The translations under genes were made by a program, and so were the position numbers. A stretch of DNA of 64,000 nucleotides from an uncultured Actinomycetota bacterium (GTDB lineage Bacteria > Actinomycetota > Actinomycetes > Propionibacteriales > Nocardioidaceae), in NCBI GenBank assembly GCA_963834285.1, contig CAWIAZ010000014.1, positions 16,534-80,533 of the forward strand. Direction: 5' to 3'. Below the pieces are notes generated by a model. It was not told the origin of the DNA. It made no database searches and saw only the letters and a program-made list of their open reading frames with translations. This document shows, piece by piece, positions 30,533 through 40,091 of the stretch (within the stretch, counting starts at the first letter, position 1; the number at the start of each line of letters is the position of its first letter).

Positions 30533-31549
30533 GTGACCGAGCGGGTGACCGAGCAGATGAAGAGCGTGGCGGTGATCGTCCAGGACGGCGTCGAGCCCTT
30601 CGGGCTCGGAGCGATCTGCGAGGTGTGGGCCGAGCCCTACCACCCCGACGACGACAACCCGGTCTTCGACTTCCGGGTCACCACCCCGGTCCCCGGTCGG
30701 GTCCGCGGGACCGCCGGCTTCGACGTGCACGTCGAGCACGGCCTCGACGCGGCCGCCGACGCCGACCTGATCTGCGTGGCCCCGCACCGCTCCTACGCCG
30801 AGCCGGCCCCCGCCGTCGTCGACGTCCTGCGCGCCGCCCACGACCGCGGCGCCCAGCTCTTCGCGCACTGCACCGCGGCGTTCACCCTCGGCGCGGCCGG
30901 CCTGCTCGACGGTCGCCACTGCACCACCCACTGGCGCCACCTCGACGAGCTCTCCGAGCGCTACCCCGAGGCCAAGGTCGACGGCGACGTCCTCTACGTG
31001 CAGGACGGCACGTACCACCGGCGCCGGCTCGGCGGCCGGGCTCGACGCCGCGCTGCACCTGATGCGCCAGCAGTTCGGCTCCCGGGTCGCCGCCACGACC
31101 GCGCGTCGGATGGTCGTGCCGCCGCATCGCGACGGCGGTCAGGCGCAGTACGTCGCGCGCGCCGTCCCCGACTGCGACGCCGAGACGCTGGGTCCGCTGC
31201 TCACCTGGATCACCGGCAACCTCTCCGCCGACCTCAGCGTCGAGCGCCTGGCCCGCGAGTCGCTGATGTCGGCGCGCACCTTCGCCCGCCGGTTCCGCGA
31301 GGAGACCGGCACGACCCCGCACGCGTGGGTCACCCGGCAGCGGGTGATGGCCGCCGAGGAGCTGCTCGAGCAGACCCCCAGTCGATCGACTGGATCGCCG
31401 CCGAGGTCGGCTTCGGCAACGCCGCCACCCTGCGCCACCACTTCGCCAAGGTGCGCGGCGTCAGCCCGCAGGTCTACCGGCGCCGGTTCGCCTGCTACGC
31501 GGCCGCCAGCGCTTCGCCTGTACCGACACGGCGACCGATCCCTGCCTAG
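30533..31549 (+). CDS. GlxA/FtrA/AdpA-type AraC family regulator (DJ-1/PfpI plus AraC HTH), frameshifted
   Basis: HCTAAFTLGAAGLLDGR.CTTHW, ARRMVVPPHRDGGQAQY, MSARTFARRF..ETGTTP and VGFGNAATLRHHF. Confidence 0.85.
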   Translation: MTERVTEQMKSVAVIVQDGVEPFGLGAICEVWAEPYHPDDDNPVFDFRVTTPVPGRVRGTAGFDVHVEHGLDAAADADLICVAPHRSYAEPAPAVVDVLRAAHDRGAQLFAHCTAAFTLGAAGLLDGRHCTTHWRHLDELSERYPEAKVDGDVLYVQDGTYHRRRLGGRARRRAAPDAPAVRLPGRRHDRASDGRAAASRRRSGAVRRARRPRLRRRDAGSAAHLDHRQPLRRPQRRAPGPRVADVGAHLRPPVPRGDRHDPARVGHPAAGDGRRGAARADPQSIDWIAAEVGFGNAATLRHHFAKVRGVSPQVYRRRFACYAAASASPVPTRRPIPA

Positions 31550-32811
31550 GGGTCAGCCTGCCCGGTCGCGGCGCACCTTGCCGGTGAGGGTGCGGGGGAG
31601 GTCGGCGTCGAAGACCCAGGTCTTGGGGCGCTTGGGCGGGGCGAGCCGCTCGCGGGCGTACGCCGCGAGGTCGGCCTCGTGGCGGTGCCGACGACGGCGG
31701 CGCAGACGCGCTGGCCCCAGTCGGGGTCGGGCTCGGCGTAGACGGCGACGTCGGTGACGCCGGGGTGCTCGCCGAGCACCTGCTCGACCTCGAGGGGGTA
31801 GACGTTGACGCCGCCGCTGATGATCAGGTCGTCGCGGCGACCGTCGAGGTAGACGTAGCCGTCGTCGTCGATCCGGCCGACGTCGCCGACGGTGAAGGCG
31901 CCGTCGGGGTTCGCGCCAGGCGGCGGCGGTCTTGGCGGGGTCGCCGTAGTACTCGAAGCGGGCGTGCTCGGGCACCACGCACCACAGGGTGCCGTCGTCG
32001 GCGACGGCGAGCTCGCGGCCGGGACGCGCGCGGCCGACGGTGCCCGGGTGCTCCAGCCACTCCTCGCTGCGGCAGGCGGTGAACTGGCCCTCGGTGGAGC
32101 CGTAGAACTCCCAGGTCGACCCGGACGGGAAGGCCTCGATCAGCCGGTGCTTCAGGTCCGTCGGGGCAGGGAGCGCCGGCGTGGGCGACCAGCCGGAAGC
32201 AGGACAGGTCCGGCCAGGCGGTGGCGTCCCAGTGGGCGAAGAGCCGCTGGAGGTGGGTCGGCACGCAGAACATCGACGTCGGCCGGTCGCGCTCGATCGC
32301 GGTCGTGATCGCCTCGGGGTCGAACGGGCCGGGGAGCACACCCGCCGCCGGCGAGCAGCGTGCCGAGCGCGAAGCGCAGCGGTGCCGAGTGGTAGAGCGG
32401 GCTGACCACGAGGTTGACGTCGTCGGCGGTGAAGCCCCACAGGTCGCGCTCCTCGGCGACCAGCGCGGCGGCGTGCTCGTCGCTGAGCAGGCCGCTCCAC
32501 ACGCCCTTGGGGGTGCCGGTGGTGCCGCTGGTGACGTGCATCGGCCGCGCCCGGGGCAGCGCGCCGGCGGGCGTCGGTCCGAGCGCCGCTCGCAGCCGGG
32601 GCAAGTCGTCCTCGTCGGTGACCACGAGGTCGGGGGAGAGACCGGCCAGGACCCGGTCGCGCTCGTGGGCGGTGAGCCGCGGGTCGAGCGGGATCGGCAC
32701 CACGCCGTGCGCGAGCAGCGCGTGCACGGTGACGACGTACTCGACCGAGCCTGGCACCAGCAGGGCGACGCGCGATCCTTCGCTCAGCGCGGGCTCCGCG
32801 GGCAGGGACAC
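31546..32811 (-). CDS. AMP-binding acyl-CoA synthetase family protein, frameshifted
   Basis: TSGTTGTPKG, PLYHSAP, EFYGSTEG, T.GD.G, IISGGVNVYP.EVE and LPRTLTGKV. Confidence 0.8.
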
Positions 32812-32835
32812 CCGAGGAGCGTAGGAGAGAGGGGG

Positions 32836-32886
32836 TTGACAACCCACCCCGGTCCATTAGAGGTTTGGGCTAGCCCAATGGTCTAA
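32836..32886 (+). promoter_or_regulatory. Promoter (-35 TTGACA) with a GntR/HutC-type palindromic operator
   Basis: TTGACA 32836-32841; perfect palindrome TTGGGCTAGCCCAA 32865-32878 flanked by TTAGA and TCTAA; resembles the DasR dre core TGGTCTAGACCA. Confidence 0.65.
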
Positions 32887-32927
32887 GTCGGGTCACTGTC
32901 CTTGCCGCTCCTTCTCGGGAGGTCTCC

Positions 32928-34556
32928 GTGCGTCGTTCCCTCGTCCCGTTCGCCACCGGCGCGTTGCTCGCGCCGGCCCTGCTGCTCGCCGGGCTCCAGT
33001 CCCCGGCCCCGGCAGCCTCGCCCGTGGCCGCACCCGCAGCCACCGGCACCAGCAACGCCGCCCCGGCCGCGGCGTGCACCACCGACCCCGCCGCCCCGAA
33101 GCGCCAGCTGCGCGCCGAGTGGATCGCCAGTGTGGTCAACATCGACTGGCCCTCGGCTCCGGGCCTCAGCCCCGACCAGCAGCGCTCGGAGCTGGTGGCG
33201 CTGCTCGACCAGGCCGTCGACCGCGACCTCAACGCGGTGGTGCTCCAGGTGCGGCCGACGGCCGACACGTTCTGGCCCTCGGAGCTGGAGCCCTGGTCGC
33301 GCTACCTGACCGGGACGCCGGGGCAGGACCCCGGCTACGACCCGATGGCCTTCGCCGTCCGCGCCGCCCACGCCCGTGGCCTCGAGCTGCACGCCTGGTT
33401 CAACCCCTACCGCGTCTCGATGAGCACCGACCGGTCGGCGCTGGCCCCGGGCAGCCCCGCCGTCGAGCACCCCGACTGGGTGGTCGAGTACGGCGGCAAG
33501 CTCTACTACGACCCCGGCCTGCCCCAGGTGCGCGAGCTGACGACCGACGTGATCCTCGAGGCGGTGCGCCGCTACGACGTCGACGGGGTCCACTTCGACG
33601 ACTACTTCTACCCCTACCCCTCCGGCGGCCAGGACTTCCCCGACGACGGCACCTTCGCCGCCCACGGCGACGGCTTCCCCGACACCGCGGAGGGCCGTGC
33701 CGACTGGCGCCGGCACAACACCGACCTGCTGATCGAGGGCCTCGACCGGCGCATCCACCGCGCCAAGCCGTGGGTCCAGTTCGGGGTCAGCCCGTTCGCC
33801 GTGTGGCGCAACCAGGCCACCGACCCCGAGGGCTCGGCCACCACGGCCGGCGCCGAGACCTACGACGACCTCTACGCCGACACCCGGCGCTGGGTCCGCG
33901 AGGAGTGGGTCGACTACATCGCCCCGCAGGTCTACTGGAACATCGGCTTCGCGCCCGCCGACTACGCCGCGCTGGTGCCGTGGTGGAGCGACCAGGTGCG
34001 CGGCACCGACGTCCACCTCTACATCGGCCAGGCCACCTACAAGGTCGGCACGTCCACCCAGGACCCCGCCTGGGACGACCCCCAGGAGATGTCGCGCCAC
34101 CTGACCTTCAACCGCGACCACCCCGAGGTCGACGGCGACATCTACTTCTCCGCCGTCCAGGTGCGGGCCAACCGGCTCTCCCACATGGACATCGTCCAGC
34201 GCGAGCACTACCAGCACCCGGCGCTGCTGCCGGTGACGTCCGACGTGCCCGGCACCCGACCCGGCAAGGTACGTCGCCTCCAGGCCGTGCAGCGCCCCGA
34301 CCGGGTGCGGCTGACCTGGCGCGCCCCGGCCCGCGGCGGCGCCACCTCGTACGCCGTCTACCGGGTGCCCGGCGCCCGCGTCGACGGTTGCGACCTGGCC
34401 GACGCCACCCACCTGCTCGACGTGGTCACCGGCCGCCGCTTCGTCGACCGCGACCCCGCCGCCGGACGGCACACCTACGTGGTGACCGCGCTCGACCGGG
34501 CGCACCGCGAGAGCACGCCGGCGCCGGTCCGCACCGGAGGGCGCAGCCACCGGTGA
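32928..34556 (+). CDS. Secreted GHL10 (YddW/DigH-like) glycoside hydrolase with C-terminal FnIII-like domain
   Basis: RAEWIASVVNIDWPS, QVRP.AD, ELHAWFNPYR, DGVHFDDYFYPY, FGVSPF.VW and DYIAPQVYW. Confidence 0.85.
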   Translation: MRRSLVPFATGALLAPALLLAGLQSPAPAASPVAAPAATGTSNAAPAAACTTDPAAPKRQLRAEWIASVVNIDWPSAPGLSPDQQRSELVALLDQAVDRDLNAVVLQVRPTADTFWPSELEPWSRYLTGTPGQDPGYDPMAFAVRAAHARGLELHAWFNPYRVSMSTDRSALAPGSPAVEHPDWVVEYGGKLYYDPGLPQVRELTTDVILEAVRRYDVDGVHFDDYFYPYPSGGQDFPDDGTFAAHGDGFPDTAEGRADWRRHNTDLLIEGLDRRIHRAKPWVQFGVSPFAVWRNQATDPEGSATTAGAETYDDLYADTRRWVREEWVDYIAPQVYWNIGFAPADYAALVPWWSDQVRGTDVHLYIGQATYKVGTSTQDPAWDDPQEMSRHLTFNRDHPEVDGDIYFSAVQVRANRLSHMDIVQREHYQHPALLPVTSDVPGTRPGKVRRLQAVQRPDRVRLTWRAPARGGATSYAVYRVPGARVDGCDLADATHLLDVVTGRRFVDRDPAAGRHTYVVTALDRAHRESTPAPVRTGGRSHR

Positions 34557-35317
34557 CCACCCTGCCCACCAGCCCGGCCGCGGCGCTGCCGCGCGTCGAG
34601 AGCCCCAAGCAGCAGCAGCTGCGGGCCGACCTCGACGCGCTGCTGGCCGGCCTCGACCCCGGTGACCTGCTGCCCGCCGAGCGGGTGCTGGCCCAGCAGC
34701 TCGGCGTCGCCCGGATGACGCTGCGGCGCGCGGTCGACACGCTGGTGGAGCAGGGCCGGCTGGTCCGCCGCGCCGGGTCCGGCACGTTCGTGGCCGGGGG
34801 CAAGGTCTCGCAGCGGCTCGCCGCGTCGTCGTTCTCCGCCGACATGCGGGCCCGCGGGCTGCGCCCCGACAGCCGCACCGTCACCACCCGGGTCGCGCCG
34901 GCCGGCACGCTGCTCGCCGCGGTGCTCGACGTGGGCCCGGAGACCCCGGTGCTGCACGTGCGCCGGCTGCGGCTGGCCGACGACGTGCCGATGGCGGTCG
35001 AGGACCTCCACGTGCCCGCCACCGTCGCGCCGGGCCTCACCGGCGCCGACCTCGAGGGCGCGTCGTTCTACGACCTCCTGGCCTCGCGCTTCGAGACCCC
35101 GGTGGTCTCCGGCACCCAGACCGTCGAGCCCGCCCTGGTCGGCGCCGACGAGGCGGGTCTGCTCGGCATCACGCCGGGCGACCCGGTCTTCCTCTTCGAG
35201 CGCACGACCCGGGTGGAGGACGGCCGGGTGGCGGAGTTCGTCCGCTCCACCTACCGCGGCGACCGCTACCGGATCGTCGTCGACATCTTCCCGCCGGCCT
35301 CGCCCGGCGAGGAGTAG
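34553..35317 (+). CDS. GntR family (HutC/UTRA; DasR/NagR-like) regulator
   Basis: LPAER.LA..LGVARMTLRRA, GSGTFV and C-terminal UTRA ...YRGDRY. Confidence 0.9.
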   Translation: MTTLPTSPAAALPRVESPKQQQLRADLDALLAGLDPGDLLPAERVLAQQLGVARMTLRRAVDTLVEQGRLVRRAGSGTFVAGGKVSQRLAASSFSADMRARGLRPDSRTVTTRVAPAGTLLAAVLDVGPETPVLHVRRLRLADDVPMAVEDLHVPATVAPGLTGADLEGASFYDLLASRFETPVVSGTQTVEPALVGADEAGLLGITPGDPVFLFERTTRVEDGRVAEFVRSTYRGDRYRIVVDIFPPASPGEE

Positions 35318-35387
35318 CGAACCACCAGTCCCACGACAGCAAGAGCACCAGACACGACCCGACTCGGGTCTCGGAAGAGGAGAACGC

Positions 35388-36701
35388 ATGAGGGTGACGA
35401 GAATGCGCACCGGACTGGCCGTGCTGGCCACGTCGGCACTGCTGGCCGGCTGCGCCGGCGGCTCCGGCGGCGACGCGGAGATCAGCAACGCCGGCGACGA
35501 CGTCGACGGCAGCGGCAAGACGCTGACGGTGTGGATCATGGAGGGCACCAACCCCGACGCCGAGCCCTACGTCGAGGAGCTCACCTCGACGTTCGAGGAG
35601 GAGACCGGCGCCGAGCTGGACGTGCAGTTCGTGCCGTGGGCGGAGGCGCACGACAAGTTCGTGAAGTCGATCGCCGGTGGCACCACCCCCGACGTCGCCG
35701 AGGTCGGCACGACGTGGACGCCGGAGTTCGCCGAGGCCGGCGCGCTGGTCGACCTGACCGACGCGGTGTCCGACGCCGGCCTCGACTCCGACCTCGTCGA
35801 GGGGCTGCGCCAGGCCGGCACCGTCGAGGACAGCCTCTACGGCATGCCGTGGTACTCCGGGGTGCGCTCGGTGGTCTACCGCACCGACGTCTTCGAGCAG
35901 GCCGGCGTGGAGCCGCCGACCACCTGGGACGAGCTGGTCACGGTGGGCGAGAAGATCAAGGCCCAGCAGCCCGACCTGCTGCCGTTCCCGGTCGCGGGCG
36001 ACAGCGAGTACGGCGTCTACCCGTTCATCTGGGGCAACGGCGGCGACCTGGCCACCGAGTCCGACGGCACCTGGACCAGCGCCATCGACTCCCCGGAGGC
36101 CCAGGAGGGCGTGTCGTTCTACACCGGTCTCGCCACCGAGCACGGCTTCTCCAGCCCGGCGGCCACGACCTGGGACGAGGCCGACCTCTCCGACGCCTTC
36201 TCCCGCGGTGACGTGGCGATGATGATCGCGGGCAGCTGGACGCCGTCCGCGCTGGTCGAGGCCAACCCGGACCTCGAGGGCAAGATCGGCGCCTTCCCGA
36301 TCCCCGGCCCCGACGGCGGCCTGTCGCCGTCGTTCCTGGGCGGCTCGCACCTCGGCATCTTCGACTCCACCGAGGACCCCGACCTGGCCTTCGCGCTCGT
36401 CGAGATGATGAGCACCGGCGACCTCGCCGCCACCTGGGGCGAGCAGTCCGGCTACTTCCCGGGCACCAACGCGCTGCTCGAGGAGATCGAGGCCGAGGGC
36501 GACCCGCTGGTGGCGCCGTTCGCCCAGCAGGAGGCCGACGCCGGGCGCAGCGTGCCGGTGACGCCGCTCTACGGTCAGGTCCAGGGCAAGAAGACCGTCT
36601 CGGCGATGCTCCAGTCGATCCTCGCCGGCAAGGCGACCGTCGAGGAGGCGACCGCCGAGGCCGCCGACGAGATGGACGAGATCTTCCAGCGCGGCAGCTG
36701 A
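35388..36701 (+). CDS. Carbohydrate ABC transporter substrate-binding lipoprotein
   Basis: Lipobox LAGC; PDVAEVGTTW, YGMPWY and FLGGSHL. Confidence 0.9.
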   Translation: MRVTRMRTGLAVLATSALLAGCAGGSGGDAEISNAGDDVDGSGKTLTVWIMEGTNPDAEPYVEELTSTFEEETGAELDVQFVPWAEAHDKFVKSIAGGTTPDVAEVGTTWTPEFAEAGALVDLTDAVSDAGLDSDLVEGLRQAGTVEDSLYGMPWYSGVRSVVYRTDVFEQAGVEPPTTWDELVTVGEKIKAQQPDLLPFPVAGDSEYGVYPFIWGNGGDLATESDGTWTSAIDSPEAQEGVSFYTGLATEHGFSSPAATTWDEADLSDAFSRGDVAMMIAGSWTPSALVEANPDLEGKIGAFPIPGPDGGLSPSFLGGSHLGIFDSTEDPDLAFALVEMMSTGDLAATWGEQSGYFPGTNALLEEIEAEGDPLVAPFAQQEADAGRSVPVTPLYGQVQGKKTVSAMLQSILAGKATVEEATAEAADEMDEIFQRGS

Positions 36702-36704
36702 GCG

Positions 36705-37679
36705 GTGACCGACACCACCCAGGCCCCCCAGGCCCCTCGGGCCCCCCAGGAGCAGGCCGCCCCCGCCCAGAGCGGCGGGGGCGGCCGGCTGACCCCGGGC
36801 TGGCTCCCGTGGCTGCTGCAGGCCCCGGCGCTCCTGGTGCTGGGCGGGCTGCTCGTCTACCCGCTGGTCTGGGTGGTCACGCTCTCCTTCCAGGAGTTCA
36901 ACCTGCGCGAGCTCAAGGAGGGCGGGTTCCACTGGACGGGGCTCGACAACTTCCGTGAGGTGCTCAGCGACCCGCAGCTGTGGAAGATCGCGCTGCCCAA
37001 CACCGCGGTCTTCGCGCTCGTCAACGTCGTGCTCACGGTCGTGGTCGGCACGCTGGTGGCGCTGCTCCTGCTGCGGCTGGGGGGCTGGGCCCGTGGCGTG
37101 CTCACCGGCGCGATCATGGTGGCCTGGGCGATGCCCGCGGTCACCGGCACCTACGTCTGGGTCTACGTCTTCGACACCAGCGACGGCCTCGTGATGCGGC
37201 TGCTGTCGTGGATCGGACTGGTCGACCCCGACGCGACCAACTGGTTCACCGACCGGCTCGCGTTCTACGGCATCGCGACCCTCAACGTCGTGCACCACGG
37301 CTTCCCGTTCGTCGCGGTCACGGTGCTGGCCGGCCTGCTCACGGTGCCGGGCGAGGTGCTGGAGTCGGCCGAGCTCGACGGCGCCGGTGCCTGGCGCCGG
37401 TTCTGGTTCGTCACGTTCCCGTTGATGAAGCCGATCTTCGCGGTCGTGGTCGTGCTGTCGACGATCTGGGACTTCAAGGTCTTCACCCAGATCTACCTCA
37501 TGCCCGGTGGCGGCGGCACCAACCGAGAGGTGCTCAACCTCGGCACCTGGTCCTACGTCACGGCGCTCTCGCAGAACAGGTACGGCGCGGGCGCGGCCAT
37601 CGCCGTCGTCCTCACCCTGCTGCTGCTCGCGATCACCCTGGTCTACCTGCGCACGTTGTTCCGACAGGAGGAGCTGTGA
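36705..37679 (+). CDS. Carbohydrate ABC transporter permease
   Basis: GLDNF motif and EAA loop ESAELDGAGAWRRFW. Confidence 0.9.
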   Translation: MTDTTQAPQAPRAPQEQAAPAQSGGGGRLTPGWLPWLLQAPALLVLGGLLVYPLVWVVTLSFQEFNLRELKEGGFHWTGLDNFREVLSDPQLWKIALPNTAVFALVNVVLTVVVGTLVALLLLRLGGWARGVLTGAIMVAWAMPAVTGTYVWVYVFDTSDGLVMRLLSWIGLVDPDATNWFTDRLAFYGIATLNVVHHGFPFVAVTVLAGLLTVPGEVLESAELDGAGAWRRFWFVTFPLMKPIFAVVVVLSTIWDFKVFTQIYLMPGGGGTNREVLNLGTWSYVTALSQNRYGAGAAIAVVLTLLLLAITLVYLRTLFRQEEL

Positions 37680-38581
37680 GCACCGACGCCCCCACCCGGG
37701 CCACGCCCACCGGCGTCGCCCCGGCGCCCGCCGTCCCGCACGGCAAGCCGCCCAAGCCGCGGCGCCGGCTGCGCGGCCGCGTGGGCAACGCCGCCGGCTT
37801 CCTCGCCGTCCTGGCGTTCAGCCTGTTCCCGGCGCTGATCATGTTCTCCACCGCGTTCGACGCGCGGGCCAACGACGGCTCCCGGGCACTGCTGCCCACG
37901 GACCTGTCGACGTCCAACTTCGGCATCGTCCTGGGGGAGGCCGGGTTCGGTCGCTACCTGCTCAACTCGGCCTTCGTCGGCATCGGCACGGTCGTGGTCA
38001 GCGGGCTGCTCGCGCTGCTCGCGTCGGTCGCGGTCGCCCGGTTCCGCTTCCGGCTGCGGACGACGATGCTGGTGCTGGTCCTGGTGATCCAGATGGTGCC
38101 GCTGGAGGCCCTGGTCATCCCGCTGTTCATCCAGGCCAGCTCGCTCGACATGCTCGACTCGCTGATCGGGCTGACCGTCGTCTACGTCGCCTTCTCGCTG
38201 CCGTTCGCTATCTGGATGCTGCGCGGCTTCGTCGCCGCGGTGCCCCGCGAGCTCGAGGAGGCGGCGTACCTCGACGGCGCGTCGTGGCCGCGGATGTTCT
38301 GGTCGGTGCTGTTCCCGCTGTGCCTGCCGGGGCTGATCGCCACCAGCGTCTTCTCGTTCATCACCGCGTGGAACGAGTTCGTCTTCGCGATCACGTTCCT
38401 CAACGACGAGGACAAGTTCACGGTCGCAGCGGGCCTGCGGCAGTTCTTCACCCAGTACGGCACCGACTGGGGCTCGGTGATGGCCGGCTCCACGATCATC
38501 ACGATCCCGGTGATGGTGCTGTTCGTGATCGTGCAGCGCCGGCTCAGCGAGGGCCTGGTCGCCGGCGCGGTGAAGGGGTGA
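37676..38581 (+). CDS. Carbohydrate ABC transporter permease
   Basis: ELEEAAYLDGAS, AWNEF and GLVAGAVKG C-terminus; GTG overlaps the previous stop. Confidence 0.9.
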   Translation: MSTDAPTRATPTGVAPAPAVPHGKPPKPRRRLRGRVGNAAGFLAVLAFSLFPALIMFSTAFDARANDGSRALLPTDLSTSNFGIVLGEAGFGRYLLNSAFVGIGTVVVSGLLALLASVAVARFRFRLRTTMLVLVLVIQMVPLEALVIPLFIQASSLDMLDSLIGLTVVYVAFSLPFAIWMLRGFVAAVPRELEEAAYLDGASWPRMFWSVLFPLCLPGLIATSVFSFITAWNEFVFAITFLNDEDKFTVAAGLRQFFTQYGTDWGSVMAGSTIITIPVMVLFVIVQRRLSEGLVAGAVKG

Positions 38582-38588
38582 GCCGCCG

Positions 38589-40091
38589 GTGACCGACCCG
38601 GCCCTGCGGCGGCTGGCGCTCGCGGTGGTGCTGCCCGGCTTCGTCGGCACGACGGTGCCCGACTGGCTGCGCCACCGGCTCGACGACGGGCTGGCCGGCG
38701 TCTGCCTGTTCGGGCAGAACGTCGCCGACGACGCGCAGGTCACCGCGCTCGGCGCCGCCCTGCACGACGTCCGGCCCGACGTGCTCGTGGCCTCCGACGA
38801 GGAGGGCGGCTCGGTGACCCGCCTGGACGCCGCCGCCGGGTCGCCGTGGCCCGGGCACGCGGCGCTGGGCACGCTCGACGACCTCGACGTGACCGAGGCC
38901 GTGGCCCGCGGCCTCGGCGCCGCGGCCCGCGAGCGCGGGGTCGACGTCGTGCTCGGACCGGTCGTCGACGTGGGCTCCGAGCCCGACAACCCGGTGATCG
39001 GGGAGCGCTCCTTCGGCGCCGACCCCGCCCTCGTCGGCCGGCACGGCGCGGCGTTCGTGCGGGGTCTCCAGGACGCCGGGGTCGCCGCCTGCGCCAAGCA
39101 CTTCCCGGGGCACGGCGCCACCCGCACCGACTCCCACCTCGACCTGCCGGTGATCGACGTCGACGAGGCCACCTGGCGGGCCCGCGACCTGGCTCCGTTC
39201 GCCGACGCGGTCGCCGCCGGCGTCCGCTGCGTGATGACCGCGCACGTGGTCGTCTCCTGCCTCGACGACGTGCCCGCGACGCTGAGCGGGCGGGCGCTGG
39301 GGCTGCTGCGCACCGAGCTCGGCTTCGACGGCGTGGTGCTCACCGACGCGCTCGACATGCGGGCGATCAGCGCCGGCGTCGGCCGCGGCGAGGGCGCCGT
39401 GCGGGCGCTCGCCGCCGGCGCCGACCTGCTGTGCGTGGGCAACCCCGGCTTCCCCGAGCCCTACGACGACGAGGCCGTCGCCGACGAGGTGGTCGCGGCG
39501 GTGGTCGACGCCGTCCGCGGCGGCCGGCTGCCCGGTGATCGCCTCGAGGAGGCGGCCGCCCGGGTCGCCGACCTGGGCGGCTGGACGGCAGCGGCGCGCG
39601 CCGCCGAGCCGGGCGCCCGACCCGGCGCCCGGCCGAGCGCGAGGTTGGCGCCGCGGCCGGGGCTGGGCCTCGACGCGGCCCGCCGGGCGCTGCGCGTGAC
39701 CGGCGACCCCCGGCTCCGCGCCGGCGGGGTGCTGCTGGTCGCGCAGCCCGAGACGTCGTACGCCGCGGGGCGGCAGCCCTCGCTGGTCCTCCGACTCGTC
39801 GCGGAGCACGCGACCGCGGTCGGCGACCCCGCCGAGGCCCGCCGGCTGGCGCTCGCCGCCCCCGACGTGGCCGTGGTCGTGGAGGGCCGCAGCGGACCCG
39901 GGAGCAGGGCTGTCGTCGACGCGGTCCGGGCGGTGCGCCCCGACGCCGTCGTCGCGCACGTCGGTCCCGACGATCCCGACTGCTCACCGGCCCCTCGCGG
40001 CGTCTCCGCGCACAGCGGCGGCCGGGCGAGCACGCTGGCCACGCTCGAGACCCTGGGCCTGCCCGTCAGCCCCCCATCGGAGGACAGATGA
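38589..40091 (+). CDS. nagZ: GH3 beta-N-acetylhexosaminidase
   Basis: DEEGG, RSFG.DP, KHFPGHG...DSH (NagZ signature) and TDALDM. Confidence 0.85.
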   Translation: MTDPALRRLALAVVLPGFVGTTVPDWLRHRLDDGLAGVCLFGQNVADDAQVTALGAALHDVRPDVLVASDEEGGSVTRLDAAAGSPWPGHAALGTLDDLDVTEAVARGLGAAARERGVDVVLGPVVDVGSEPDNPVIGERSFGADPALVGRHGAAFVRGLQDAGVAACAKHFPGHGATRTDSHLDLPVIDVDEATWRARDLAPFADAVAAGVRCVMTAHVVVSCLDDVPATLSGRALGLLRTELGFDGVVLTDALDMRAISAGVGRGEGAVRALAAGADLLCVGNPGFPEPYDDEAVADEVVAAVVDAVRGGRLPGDRLEEAAARVADLGGWTAAARAAEPGARPGARPSARLAPRPGLGLDAARRALRVTGDPRLRAGGVLLVAQPETSYAAGRQPSLVLRLVAEHATAVGDPAEARRLALAAPDVAVVVEGRSGPGSRAVVDAVRAVRPDAVVAHVGPDDPDCSPAPRGVSAHSGGRASTLATLETLGLPVSPPSEDR

